Shown here piece after piece: positions 12,795 through 24,665 of a stretch of 64,000 nucleotides of DNA (its first letter is position 1; every line of letters starts with the position of its first letter). A program made the translations under genes and the position numbers. Origin of the DNA: Macrostomum lignano (Eukaryota); the NCBI GenBank assembly GCA_002269645.1, contig NIVC01000020.1, forward strand, positions 1,426,001 through 1,490,000. Reading direction: 5' to 3'. Below the pieces are notes generated by a model. The model was not told the DNA's origin. It searched no databases and saw nothing but the letters and a program-made list of their open reading frames with translations.

Positions 12795-13726
12795 TAGGGA
12801 TTCCAATCCCGGGATCCCGGGATCCCGGGATTGGGGCCAAAAATCCGGGATTTGAATCCCGGGATTTTTTTGGGAATCGAATCCCGGGATTTTTAATCCC
12901 GGGATTGCAAAAGACCGGGATCGGGATCCCGGGATTTCAAGGCCTTAATCCCGGGATTGGTCCGGGATTAGAACGAACTTTCAATGCCTAAATTAGATAA
13001 TTTAAAGTCTAAACGTTTATTTGAATAATAAAACATTTATTTGTTTTTGCTGTTTCTCAATGAAACGTTAAACATTTGCAAAGCTCCTGTCCTAATTGAG
13101 CTAAAAATTGTTAATGTGAACTGTAAATTATAGATAATTTTAACTTTTTTTCGTTTTCTACCACGAGACGAGACTGAGGGCCTTTTCATATTGCTTGCTC
13201 TGGTTCCAGAACAAGAACCAATTTGTGAAGTATAAACTTTTTGTCTCCATAACTAGAGGGAGATACGTGCTATAAAGTTTTTATTATTGAATGACAGTCG
13301 CCAAGAAGAAAGTGAAAAATTGTGCTAAGTGAGGCTGTTAAGGCAGTCAAATATTAACAGAGTTTAATAGTTATACTGCTGTTTTTCTTCGAATTCCGAA
13401 CCGATTCTGGTTCTGGAATTGGTAATATGAAAAGGCCCTGAGACTCTGAGAGTCGCGAGACCATGACTACTGCACGCGGCACGCCGCACAGTCCGTCTAG
13501 CAATTTAGGGATTCCAATCCCGGGATCCCGGGATCCCGGGATTGGGGCCAAAAATCCGGGATTTGAATCCCGGGATTTTTTTGGGAATCGAATCCCGGGA
13601 TTTTTAATCCCGGGATTGCAAAAGCACCGGGATTCCGGGATTTTGAATCCCGGGATTTCAACAGCATCGGGATTTCGGGACTATTCAATCCCGGGATTGT
13701 AAAATGTCGGGATTTTGGAATCCCTA
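12795..13726. mobile_element. hAT-type non-autonomous element with 8-bp target site duplication
   Basis: TIR TAGGGATTCCAA / TTGGAATCCCTA. TSD TACAGAGG at 12787-12794 and 13727-13734. The paralogous site in copy 1 (9792-9799) has a single TACAGAGG (empty site). Subterminal ATCCCGGG repeats are present. Confidence 0.85.
13178..13438. mobile_element. PIF/Harbinger (Tourist-like) MITE nested in the hAT element
   Basis: Perfect 15-bp TIR GGGCCTTTTCATATT / AATATGAAAAGGCCC, with 3-bp TSD TGA at 13175-13177 and 13439-13441. Confidence 0.75.
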
Positions 13727-14505
13727 TACAGAGGGGAGGGCAGTGGTTAGAATTTCTCACTAAACTGTTATGGCTAAACGTAGCCTCTCCACTCTCGGGG
13801 TGCGAGATTGCGAGAAGGCTATAAATAAAGTTATTCCAAAACACTGTACATTTGCTATGTACATTCAGTCCTATCGCCTGACCCTTCGTCTGGCTCTGGG
13901 GGAATGAGTGAGTGAGTGGCACAAACAACAGAAAAAGCAGACAAACTTCACATGCTTACAGTTTCTTTTTCGGTTGAGTTACAGAGTTGAAACTTTACAT
14001 TTAGATAGAGAATGAGTCAATGAAAAATTGTGTCAAGTTGGGAGTCAATCGCTTTACGTGAAGCAAACTTATGGCAACTGAAAGTTAGTCAATTTTGAAA
14101 CCCTTTTACACATCTGGGCCCAGATCGGGATCGGGAAAGAGAGGCAGGCGGGCGGAGGTTGGGGTGGTTGCTACGCTGAAAAAAACAGCCTAACTTTAAA
14201 AGTGCACAGCGGCTTTCAGGATTAACTTTGAGATTTAAAATTTTACACGATTGTGTCAAAATAGTTGAAAATTGCCTGTGTCAAATTTGAAGAGAATCGG
14301 TAGAAGTGGAGCGGCGCTATGGAGGATTTAGTGAAAAAATCGCGCATTTTGAGCAGTTTTTTGTACTTTTAGGTAGGAAGACTTGAGTCTAGGAAATTAG
14401 AAGGTAGCCTAAGACATTCTCCGTATTAGGTTTAGGGTGGGTGTAAAGTTTGGTGTAATTTGGTTGAGCGGCTTGGGAGTCCATAGCGATCAAAATTGTC
14501 CACAC

Positions 14506-14538
<33 letters not shown>

Positions 14539-14603
14539 GTTTTGATTTTTATAGGTAGAGATTAAATATTAAAATTATATTATTGATATATATTATATTA
14601 TAT

Positions 14604-14659
14604 AATATTGTATTGCTTCTACTGGATGTATATATGCACTATGGCTTGCTTCATACATC
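14604..14659. repeat. Right arm of the 56-bp inverted repeat (partner at 7442-7497)
   Basis: Exact reverse complement of 7442-7497. Confidence 0.9.
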
Positions 14660-14749
14660 TGTTTTCTCCGTAACCCGCTTGCTCGGCTTCAAGCAGTATT
14701 GCATTATCCAGATTCTTCAAGATCGTTATTCTAACATTCTCTCATAGAC

Positions 14750-15030
14750 GGGGGGTTTCATAAGACCGAAATTTCACAACGCCGAAACACCATACTTCAC
14801 AAAACCGAAACTTCATAAGGCCGAAATTTCACAACGCCGAAAACTCAAAATACAGGGCCCTTCACAAGACTGAAACTTCATAAGGCCGAAATTTCACAAC
14901 GCCGAAAACTCAAAATGCAGGGCCCTTCACAGCGTTTTCGGCGTTGTGAAATTTCGGTCTTATGAAGTTTCGGTCTTGTGAAGGGTAGTGCTTTTTGGCT
15001 TTGTGAAATTTCGGTCTTATGAAAGCGACC
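14750..15030. mobile_element. Mutator-like (MULE) foldback MITE
   Basis: ~30-bp TIR sharing TTTCATAAGACCGAAATTTCACAA, with internally repeated arms. 9-bp TSD CTCATAGAC at 14741-14749 and 15031-15039. Confidence 0.7.
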
Positions 15031-17994
15031 CTCATAGACTTGGGGCAACTATTATGTCCGCGAAACTTCTGATTTTTTGTCTGCCTTTTTATCAACTCAT
15101 GACGCACGTTCCCGGGCGCTGCAAGCTGCAGAAGTAATCCCCGGAGTGGGAAGGCATGGCTCTGCTAAGAAGGCAGTTTCAGCTCCCTTCGCTCCCGAGT
15201 CCATTTACTCCGATAGCGTATCGAGCAGGCCGACAGGAGAAAGAAAAGAAATAGTGAGAGCTCGGATCCCCTGGGCGTGCTGTTCGAATCAAATCCTACT
15301 GGATTGCTAATGCCACGCAGCTTGCTGGCTCCTTTGCCTCATCATCGCGTGCACTCCGGAACAAACTCAGATCCTTGTGTTCTTTCGAGACTCCTCCAAT
15401 GCTTTGGCTATTGAGAATAGTCTTGCGCTCTCACTGGATTATGCGTTGCTTAGCGCCTTTATAGCACTATCTCTAGGAATATACAGTCTGCTCAGTCTTT
15501 TTCCTGATTAGGAGCCAGTACGTTCTTCTGACCGACCCACTGACCATGCCTAACTTTTGGCTTGGCTAGTTTATTAGCCACTATTTAAGCTGCAGCAGTG
15601 TTTAAATCGCGTGATCACGTGCCATCGAGAGAGCTAGCGGGGCTGAGTAGCTGCTATTGAGCACAGGTTTTTGGAGCCATAATCTGCAGTGATTGCTTTG
15701 CTGTGTTCGTGTTTTCCTAGCTTTGCCTTCATCGCTACTTATTTTTAAATCTTCCACACCGGAGATGAAGGGTTGATTCGCTCACGTGATCAATGTTACC
15801 TTTTCCCATCCTCGCTCCGCAAAAGTTTCCTATCTTTCATCCATCTCCCGCTAGTGAGATTGGCTGTGTGTTTTTAATTCGGACTTCCCATTTCCGCACC
15901 GGATGGGCCGCCCGGGCCCTCCCACTTCATTCTCTTGCTGCTCAGTCGACCAGTCAGCTGTGTCCGGTGCAGCTGCTGCAGGATGGGGATCCAAGGCCCT
16001 ACCGGTTGGCCCCTGATTGAAAAAGCGTTCAGCCTGCCTGACCTCGCAGCTCTTCCTGCAGCATGGCTCTAGTCTCTTTACCCCCTCCCTTGCCACCAAG
16101 CGTGTTACTGGCTCGGTCTGTCGCTTGTTATTCTCTCGTCTTCTTTTGACGTTGAATTTTTTAAGTCAGGCCGGGGTTCCCGTCCTCCGATGCGTATCAG
16201 CAGGGGTTAAAGCCTATATATTCCCTGTCACTCACAGTCTCTGGCATGGCCTGCTAGGGTTAAAACCTTTTCTCGAAAGAGCAGTTCTGTAGAGTATCGC
16301 TTAATTATCGATGAGAAAATCCTTCACTAATCTTTTTCCTTTCTTAATCCGACGACTGGCCTGTGCGAGTCCGCTGTGCCGCCTAATTGCAAGTCGTAGC
16401 AGCGCATTGCGCTTTGCATTCAATGCAAATGGACTGTTGAGTGGGGAAGGAGGCGGAGCGGGCCATGCAAATTGAATCTTGTGTGGCAGACTTTTAGGGC
16501 CAGTAATTGATTATTAGGCTTGCTAAATTGGCCGGTCATGTAGCTGCAGTGCTGCATCTCTCCCTTCTATGCATCTATGGCAAGGCATGCTGACCTAAGT
16601 ATACGCGCGTATGGATGTGGGAGAATGAAGTGCAACTGTGTGCGGCTCTACTTGGGAAAGGGGCTTAACGGTTGTTCGTCCCTTTCGATGAGAAGGCAAG
16701 ACGAGGCTTTCCTGCACCGAATCTCTGGTTGTTTTTGGACAGCACAGCTGCTCTGAAAATTTATTTCAGTCCTACGACTTGCCTGCACTGTCTGCTTCGC
16801 TTTTTTGCTTCTAGAATCTTGATTAATCTTGATTCCTTCTTTCCCAGCTTTACCTATCAGATATAAGCCTCTGGTAGTGTCACCTGCCTTTGCTTAAAAT
16901 AGTCTGCATGCTAGTCTACCTATCTCTGATAACATCTGCCCGGTAATTATACGGCAGCACTTTCCTGTCGCCTGTTCATGCCGGCTAATGATGCAGCACG
17001 GGCATGCGCTGCGGCTCTTGCAGCTTCTGGCGTCTAAATATGCATGAAATAGGCTTAATTTCGGAGGCTCGAGGCCTTTCAATGTCCAGCCATTTTTCAT
17101 CGCCTGTCAGTCCCGCGCCCTCATGCTTGCACAGTCTGAGAAGCTCAGAAACTGCCCAAGCAGATTTTAAGGTATACAGGTATTCTACACATCGTCCAAG
17201 TCTGATTTTTGATATTGGCATAACAGCTCACAAAAAGGCGTTGATGTAGTTGGAGAGTCTGGGCAAGATTCGAAACTTAGAATTGCTTGAGTCTTGTCGT
17301 TTTTGGCAAAAAATCCTGCAATTCTTGGCAGCCAGAGTAATTTTTAGCGCAGTTGGCTGAGCAAATTTTATTGTAGAGCCACCTCCGTCACTGACCGCAA
17401 ATTCATTGAAGCTCACAGATAGGCCTGGTTATAAATGCTCTTAGCATCCTCTTTAGATTTTCCAGCTAATCTCCGGTCTTAGTCTGAGTCCTAGGTTCTT
17501 GAAGCAATCTAGCGGATTTGCCTAGTTTACTTGGAAGATATAGACTACTCCCATCTAATTGTGTAGCTTGTTCATTACTGTTGAATTATTACTGTTGTCT
17601 GTCATTATTTAGCTATTGTTAAAAAAATTGTTCTTTATGTGTTGTTCATTGGCAGTTAATTTTTGTTGCCCACCGCCGTCATTTGTGTTTTTTGCCGTCA
17701 CCAAAAGTGCACGCTGAGCTTTTAGTATAGCGGAAACTGCGAATTGATTAAGTGCCTTATAAATTATATAATCTAATTAGCATAAGCTGCGCAGTGAGGC
17801 TGCGGATTTGCCTAATTGGCTAAATAAATTACCTGTCAAGGTATCGGTTAGCGTGGCCCAGGATCCTCTTTAGATTTTAGCTGTGTTTATCGATGCGCGC
17901 ACTGCGGGATCGGTTAGGGCATTCAGAACTGATGAAGCGGGGTCCCAAACTCTCACTACTCTGCTCCCCCTATTGCAGCAGCAGCAGCAGCGGC

Positions 17995-20900
17995 ATGCCC
18001 CGAGGTGAAACCCGAAAGCGCTCCCTGCCGCCCATCGCCGAGCACGAGGCGGCGGGGCCCGGCGCTGCTAAAGTCGGCAAAATGGCCGACCAGCCTGTCG
18101 TAAGTGCGGCAAGCCTTAGGGAGAGAGTGGGGATGAGGAGGGAGCAGCTCGGTTCCGCTTAAGCGCTGGTCCGGCGGCGGCACTTTTTCTGCTTTTTTTA
18201 TCTCCTGCACGCGCAGCCTGCAGCGCAACTGCCGGAGCAGCTGCTGAATCTAATTTCCTCCCACCAGTTCCCCGGCCTCCCCAACCTGCTGCTCAGACTC
18301 GGCGCCCCGGCTAGGGGGGGGATTATCGGGCGCGCGTGACTCGGCAGGCTTGAATTATTTTTTCCTCTGCCTTTTTGCCAAGCGTTAAGTTTTGTTTGCA
18401 TCTGCTGTTTTAATCCAGTATTGCTGGGAGAGTTTGTATCAAGTGAAGCAGCAAGTTGGCGGGACAGGAGCCCTTTTGTCCTTTGCCGCCTAAGTGTCTG
18501 CTTGGCCGGGGGGAGGGAGGGGGCTGCACGAACTTGTCTAAGGGACATCTCGTATCAAAGATCGGTTCTGCTTCTCACTTAAAATTTATATTCTGTTCTG
18601 CATTTACTCTATAACTGTAACTGGAATCTTTTGTGCTTTCAATCAATTACTCTAATTTAAAAAGTAAGCTGGCCTTCGTCAAGGCCTAGCCATCTCCATC
18701 TGTTTGGTCTTTTATCTAAGACTAAGAAATTTTCTGATCTAACACTGTTTCGATCCGATTCCCTGTTTCTAGATCTGATCCCGTCTTCTAGATCTGATCC
18801 CGTCTTCTAGATCTGATCCCGTCTTCTAGATCTGATCCCCTCTTCTAGATATAACCTCTTTTAGATTTGATCCCTTCTTCTAGATCCGATCCCGTCTTAT
18901 GGATCTGATCCCGTCTTCTAGATCTGATCCCCTCTTCTAGATCTGATCCCGTCTTCTAGATCTGATCCCGTCTTCTAGATCTGATCCCGTCTTCTAGATC
19001 TGATCCCCTCTTCTAGATCTGATCCCGTCTTCTAGATCTGATCCCGTCTTCTAGATCTGATCCCCTCTTCTAGATCTGATCCCGTCTTCTAGATCTGATC
19101 CCCTCTTCTAGATCTGATCCCCTTTTCTAGATCTGATCCCCTCTTCTAGATCTGATCCCGTCTTATGGATCTGATCCCGTCTTCTAGATCTGATCCCCTC
19201 TTCTAGATCTGATCCCGTCTTCTAGATCTGATCCCGTCTTCTAGATCTGATCCCCTCTTCTAGATCTGATCCCCTCTTCTAGATCTGATCCCCTCTTCTA
19301 GATCTGATCCCCTCTTCTAGATCTGATCCCGTCTTCTAGATCTGATCCCGTCTTCTAGATCTGATCCCGTCTTCTAGATCTGATCCCGTCTTCTAGATCT
19401 GATCCCGTCTTCTAGATCTGATCCCCTCTTCTAGATCTGATCCCGTCTTCTAGATCTGATCCCGTCTTCTAGATCTGATCCCCTCTTCTAGATCTGATCC
19501 CCTCTTCTAGATCTGATCCCCTCTTCTAGATCTGATCCCCTCTTCTAGATCTGATCCCGTCTTCTAGATCTGATCCCGTCTTCTAGATCTGATCCCGTCT
19601 TCTAGATCTGATCCCCTCTTCTAGATATAACCTCTTCTAGATCTGATCCCGTCTTCTAGATCTGATCCCCTCTTCTAGATCTGATCCCGTCTTCTAGATC
19701 TGATCCCGTCTTCTAGATCTGATCCCCTCTTCTAGATCTGATCCCCTCTTCTAGATCTGATCCCCTCTTCTAGATCTGATCCCGTCTTCTAGATCTGATC
19801 CCCTCTTCTAGATCTGATCCCCTCTTCTAGATCTGATCCCCTCTTCTAGATCTGATCCCCTCTTCTAGATCTGATCCCCTCTTCTAGATCTGATCCCCTC
19901 TTCTAGATCTGATCCCCTCTTCTAGATCTGATCCCGTCTTCTAGATCTGATCCCCTTTTCTAGATCTGATCCCCTCTTCTAGATCTGATCCCGTCTTCTA
20001 GATCTGATCCCCTCTTCTAGATCTGATCCCGTCTTATAGATCTGGCTCTACCGGTATATCTTCTAGACCTTATCCTCTTATCCTCTTAACACCTGATTCC
20101 CTCTTCTAGATCCGACCGTATCGCCTGGAGCAGATACAGGTTCTCACCATATCTGGCCTTCAGATCTGACCAAAATTTAGCGTAATTTATGGCAATATCT
20201 GTTTCGAATTATTATCGAGGCAAATTTTTCGGGAGAGAGAAAATCTTATCTACCATTCAAAAGGCTTTCATTATGCCTTTTGGCGCTAAATCAGCCAATG
20301 TCAGCGCCTTAGCTTCTGTGCGAGACTGATAAAAGAGTTGCAGTTTAAATCAGTGCAGAATTGCCGATTCATTAAACTCATTTTAGAGCAGTTCTGGATA
20401 GCGGCTATATGGACTTTACCGTAATTACTAGAGGCCTGACCTAACTTGTGATTTTGTTTTGCTAATTGCGAACTTCATTGACATAGACCACATGGCTATA
20501 TAGTCTGACTCATTTCACAATTGTTTTCTCTGTCCGGTCTTTGTTCTCTGACCGATCCCGCTCTTTGTTCTCTGACCGATCCCGCTCTTTGTTCTCTAAC
20601 CGATCCCGCTCTTTGTTCTCCGACCGATCCCGCTCTCTGTTTTATGACCGATCCCGCTCTTTGTTCTCCGACCAATCCCGCTCTTTGTTCTCTGACCGAT
20701 CCCGATCTCTGTTTTATGACCGATCCCGCTCTTTGTCCTTTTTCAAGCTAGTGAATTCAAAATCTATAACAGAACTTTGAAAATTCCGCGTTGCAGGGCG
20801 GGGAGCCGCAGCAGTCGCTGCAGCCGGGCTCCGCTGCCCCGAGCTTCACCTGTAAGGCTCTCCTGCCTGACCAGAGCTTTGGAGACGTCCGGCTGAGCGA

Positions 20901-22183
20901 CTACTCGGGAAAGTACGTTGTGCTCTTTTTCTACCCGGCCGACTTCACCTTCGTGTGTCCGACCGAGATCGTGGCCTTCTCGGACCGGGCCGAGGAGTTC
21001 CGGAGGATCAACTGCGAGCTGCTGGCCTGCAGCACCGACTCGCACTTTGTGCACCTGGCCTGGACCAACACGCCGCGCCAGGACGGCGGCCTCGGCCGCG
21101 TCAGCATGCCGCTGCTGGCCGACCGCTCCCAGGCCGTCAGCCGCGCTTACGGCGTCCTCAAAGCCGACGAGGGCGTCGCCTACCGCGGCCTCTTCATCAT
21201 CAGCGACCGCGGCCTGATCCGCCAGGTGACCATCAACGACCTGCCTGTTGGTCGCTCGGTTGACGAGACGCTCCGCCTGGTGCAGGCCTTCCAGCACGCC
21301 GACAAGCACGGCGAGGTCTGCCCTGCCGGCTGGCGGCCCGGCGACCGAGCGATGAAGCCGGACCCCAGCCTCAGCAAGGAGTACTTTCAGGTGCGGCGGG
21401 TGCTATGGGGAATCTCGCTGATGGAGGGCGACTAACGAAATCTTGGCTGTTTTATCTGTAGGAAATACTGAAAATACTGTTCCACAGTTGAGTCTGAGCA
21501 CTTGAGTCTGAGTACTTTAGTCTGAGCACTTGAGTCTGAGTCCTTGAGTCTGAGTACTTGAGTCTGAGTACTCGGTTCTGAACACTTGAGTGTAAGCACT
21601 TGCTTGAGTCTGATTACTTGAGTCTGAGTACATTCTTCAGTTGATTTCTTGCTAATCGTCAGCTTAAAGATCGGTCCTAAGCTTTCCTTAGAGAGCAGCT
21701 CACGAGTACATGTTAAGAGAAATAGCAAATTGTTCTCATTTAGCTGGCCAACGTCACGACAGAATTTTTGCGCTCACCTCAACAGAATTCATCAGAGTTA
21801 TGAAAGCGCCGGATTATTCATGTGCGTCCACAGGGAGCTTGCCTAAATCTCCTCACCCTGTAATCCCTCTCGCCTGCCCTGAGTTCGAATCCTCGACACC
21901 CTACATCAACTCAAAGCCGCCGCATTGAAATTGTCGCCTTGGCATTCAGCCAGATGGCGGCGGCGGGCCGCAGCCGCCCGACAGCCCGCCCGCTGCCGTT
22001 GCCGCACCAGAAGGCGCCGCCGCCGCTCCTCCCGAAGGCGACAAGGCGGCTTCGTCATCCCAGCTGGAACCGGAAGTGAAGCCTGCCGGGTCTCGGATTT
22101 TCCCCTGGCTGGACGAGAAGGCCTACAAGGCGCACGCCTTCGCCCCCTCGCCCGGCTGCTCCTGCTGGAAGAGGCGGCACTGA
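17995..22183 (+). CDS. PRDX1: Typical 2-Cys peroxiredoxin (AhpC/Prx1 subfamily), exons 17995-18099, 20797-21390, 21950-22183 (~310 aa), with N- and C-terminal extensions
   Basis: Exon 2 has [13 protein letters not shown] (peroxidatic Cys), [12 protein letters not shown] (resolving Cys) and SKEYF. Junctions GTC|GTAAGT...TTGCAG|GGC and CAG|GTGCGG...ATTCAG|CCA are both phase 0 and give one open frame. An upstream in-frame ATG exists at 17893. The core domain is certain; exons 1 and 3 are inferred. The symbol denotes the Prx1/2-like family. Confidence 0.9.
18768..20043. repeat. Minisatellite, 19-bp unit TAGATCTGATCCC(G/C)TCTTC, in peroxiredoxin intron 1
   Basis: About 65 near-identical tandem copies seen directly. 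Confidence 0.97.
20538..20740. repeat. Minisatellite, 24-bp unit TGACCGATCCCGCTCTTTGTTCTC
   Basis: About 8 copies just upstream of the exon 2 acceptor. Confidence 0.95.
21490..21630. repeat. Degenerate TGAGTCTGAG(T/C)ACT repeat in peroxiredoxin intron 2
   Basis: About 9 imperfect copies. Confidence 0.85.
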
Positions 22184-22327
22184 GCTGCTCCGCTCATGGT
22201 TGGGGTCTCCGTGCTCAGTTGTCCGTTATTGCTGTTGCTCTTTCTGTTGGCTAATATAAATTTGTGATTGTTCTCTTGGGTCTCGTTGGGGTTTTTAATG
22301 TTGCTCAAAGTGCATTGAAGCCGATTG

Positions 22328-23252
22328 GACACCTGGTTAAACATGAGCATGAGACACCTGGTTAGACATGAGCATGAGACACCTGGTTAGACATGACCAT
22401 GAGACACCTGGTTAGACATGACCTTGAGACACCTAGTTAGACATGACCATGAGACACCTGGTTAGACATGACCATGAGACACCTGGTTAGACATGACCAT
22501 GAGACACCTGGTTAGACATGACCATGAGAAACCTGGTTAGACATGACCTTGAGACACCCAGTTAGACATGACCTTGAGACACCTGGTTAGACATGACCTT
22601 GAGACACCTGGTTAGGCATGACCATGAGACACCTGGTTAGACATGACCATGAGAGACCTGGTTAGACATGACCTTGAGACACCCAGTTAGACATGACCTT
22701 GAGACACCTGGTTAGACATGACCTTGAGACACCTGGTTAGGCATGACCATGAGACACCTGGTTAGACATGACCTTGAGACACCTGGCTAGACATGACCTT
22801 GAGACACCCAGTTAGACATGACCTTGAGACACCTGGTTAGACATGACCTTGAGACACCTGGCTAGACATGACCTTGAGACACCCAGTTAGACATGACCTT
22901 GAGACACCTGGTTAGGCATGACCATGAGACACCTGGTTAGACATGACCATGAGACACCTGGTTAGACATGACCATGTGACACCTAGTTAGACATGACCTT
23001 GAGACACCTGGTTAGACATGACCATGAGACACCTGGTTAGACATGACCATGAGACACCTGGTTAGACATGACCATGAGACACCCAGTTAGACATCACCTT
23101 GAGACACCTGGTTAGACATGACCATGAGACACCCAGTTAGACATCACCTTGAGACACCTAGTTAGACATGACCATGAGACACCTGGTTAGACATGACCAT
23201 GAGACACCTGGTTAGACATGACCTTGAGACACCTGGCTAGACATGGCCATGA
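22328..23252. repeat. Minisatellite, 25-bp unit GAGACACCTGGTTAGACATGACC(A/T)T
   Basis: About 37 tandem copies. Confidence 0.97.
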
Positions 23253-23719
23253 GGACACCAGCTTAGTTATAAAAAACAGTTAGTGTGCTGAATTGGTGTT
23301 TTTACATTTATTTACATTGCACCTCTTACATTAAAAGTTGTGGTTGGCAATTGTATTAGAGCCCATGCCCGCAGCTCAGTAGTCGCAATGCCTCTCCCTC
23401 CGCCCCTCTGACTGTTTCAGTCCATCTGAGCGAGCCAAGCTGACAGCCGCGGCCCGCTGGGATTCCCCAGGCCAGCCTGCGAGCTACCCAGACTTTCACG
23501 TCGGTATCCCAACATTTGCGCTTCGCAACATTTTTTAAGTCAACTCTTTTTTAATGTCTATTACTTTATCATCTGTTCGAATGCGAGCACTTTAATCCTT
23601 GTCGTCCTCACCTGAGTGGCTAGTTGTGCAATAATAGCTTGTCGAGCCCCCATTGCAACACTGTCTCAAAAATCGGCCTCCTGCTTATTCATTAAGTTCG
23701 TAGCTTAGTTAGACACTTA

Positions 23720-24030
23720 CGCAGTTGCTATGCAGTTGCTATGCAGTTTCTATGCGGTTGCTACGCTCTTGCTATGTAGTTGCTACGCAGTTGCTACGCA
23801 GTTGCTACCCAGTTGCTACGCAGTTGCTATGCAGTTGCTACGCTCTTGCTATGTAGTTGCTACGGAGTTGCTATGCAGTTGCTACGCAGGTGGTACGTAG
23901 TTTCTATGCGGTTGCTACGCGGGTTGCTCTGCCGTCGCAATATAGTTTCTACATAGTTACTATGCAGTTGTCACATAAAGGTCACGCAGTTGCTATGCAG
24001 TTGCTAAGCGGACAGTAAGCAGTTGCTACA
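23720..24030. repeat. Degenerate 11-bp repeat GCAGTTGCTA(T/C)
   Basis: Imperfect tandem copies seen directly. Confidence 0.85.
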
Positions 24031-24665
24031 CGCCGAACCTAAGATGTGCAATGGCCCCACCAGCCCCAGCCCCAATTTTTCCACTTGTTTTCGTTGTCTC
24101 AAGCAGGCACACTTTTACTTTAGCCTAGGCATTTGTTATTTTATTTTCTACGGTAAGGCTTCGCCACTGCCAAGCAGTTTGCAACAGTCCCATGATTGGC
24201 AGCTTTTCAATGTTTATCGCCCAGCTGCAGTTCGCAATTGCCTGTGCTTCATCATCATCATTTGTTCTGTTCAAATCGCTATTATTAATTGTTGTCAGTT
24301 TTTCCCCATCAGTTTGTCACCCCCTGAGGCGCCTCGGATCAACCAGCGAGTTTTTCATCTCCCAACTTTTCATTCCCTCCCAGATACTTCAGTGAATTGA
24401 TTGCGCAATTCAGCGCCTCAACTATTTGAATATTTTGTCTCATTGTTGTCTCCCAGCCAGCTTCCGACCGCTTCAGTTTTTTCAGTTTCTATTCTTTATA
24501 GCTACAATGGTATTTCAGCAAATACAGACGAATCAGCCACGAATCGACAATCCCGAAGTATTTTACGTTTCAGAGATTGACGGCTTGTACTTTTCATTTT
24601 CTATTTTGTAGGATTAGCTATGAGATTAACTCATTGTTCGGGTACTTGTTTTGCTATGTGGGGAT

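Larger units (their letters stand above)
10574..14560 (+). mobile_element. Helitron-group element, copy 2 (head-to-tail with copy 1), interrupted by a hAT-type insertion
   Basis: Same 5' and 3' ends as copy 1, and the unique internal segments align by eye (e.g. 9420-10570 vs 12420-12790 plus 13735-14560), with substitutions and indels. Confidence 0.6.

Noticed and set aside
15200-15520. Minus-strand SAIKALSNA..RLFSIAKALEE, reminiscent of a retrotransposon RNase H
   Set aside because: Too degenerate (stops, frameshifts, key acidic residues unclear) to support a call.
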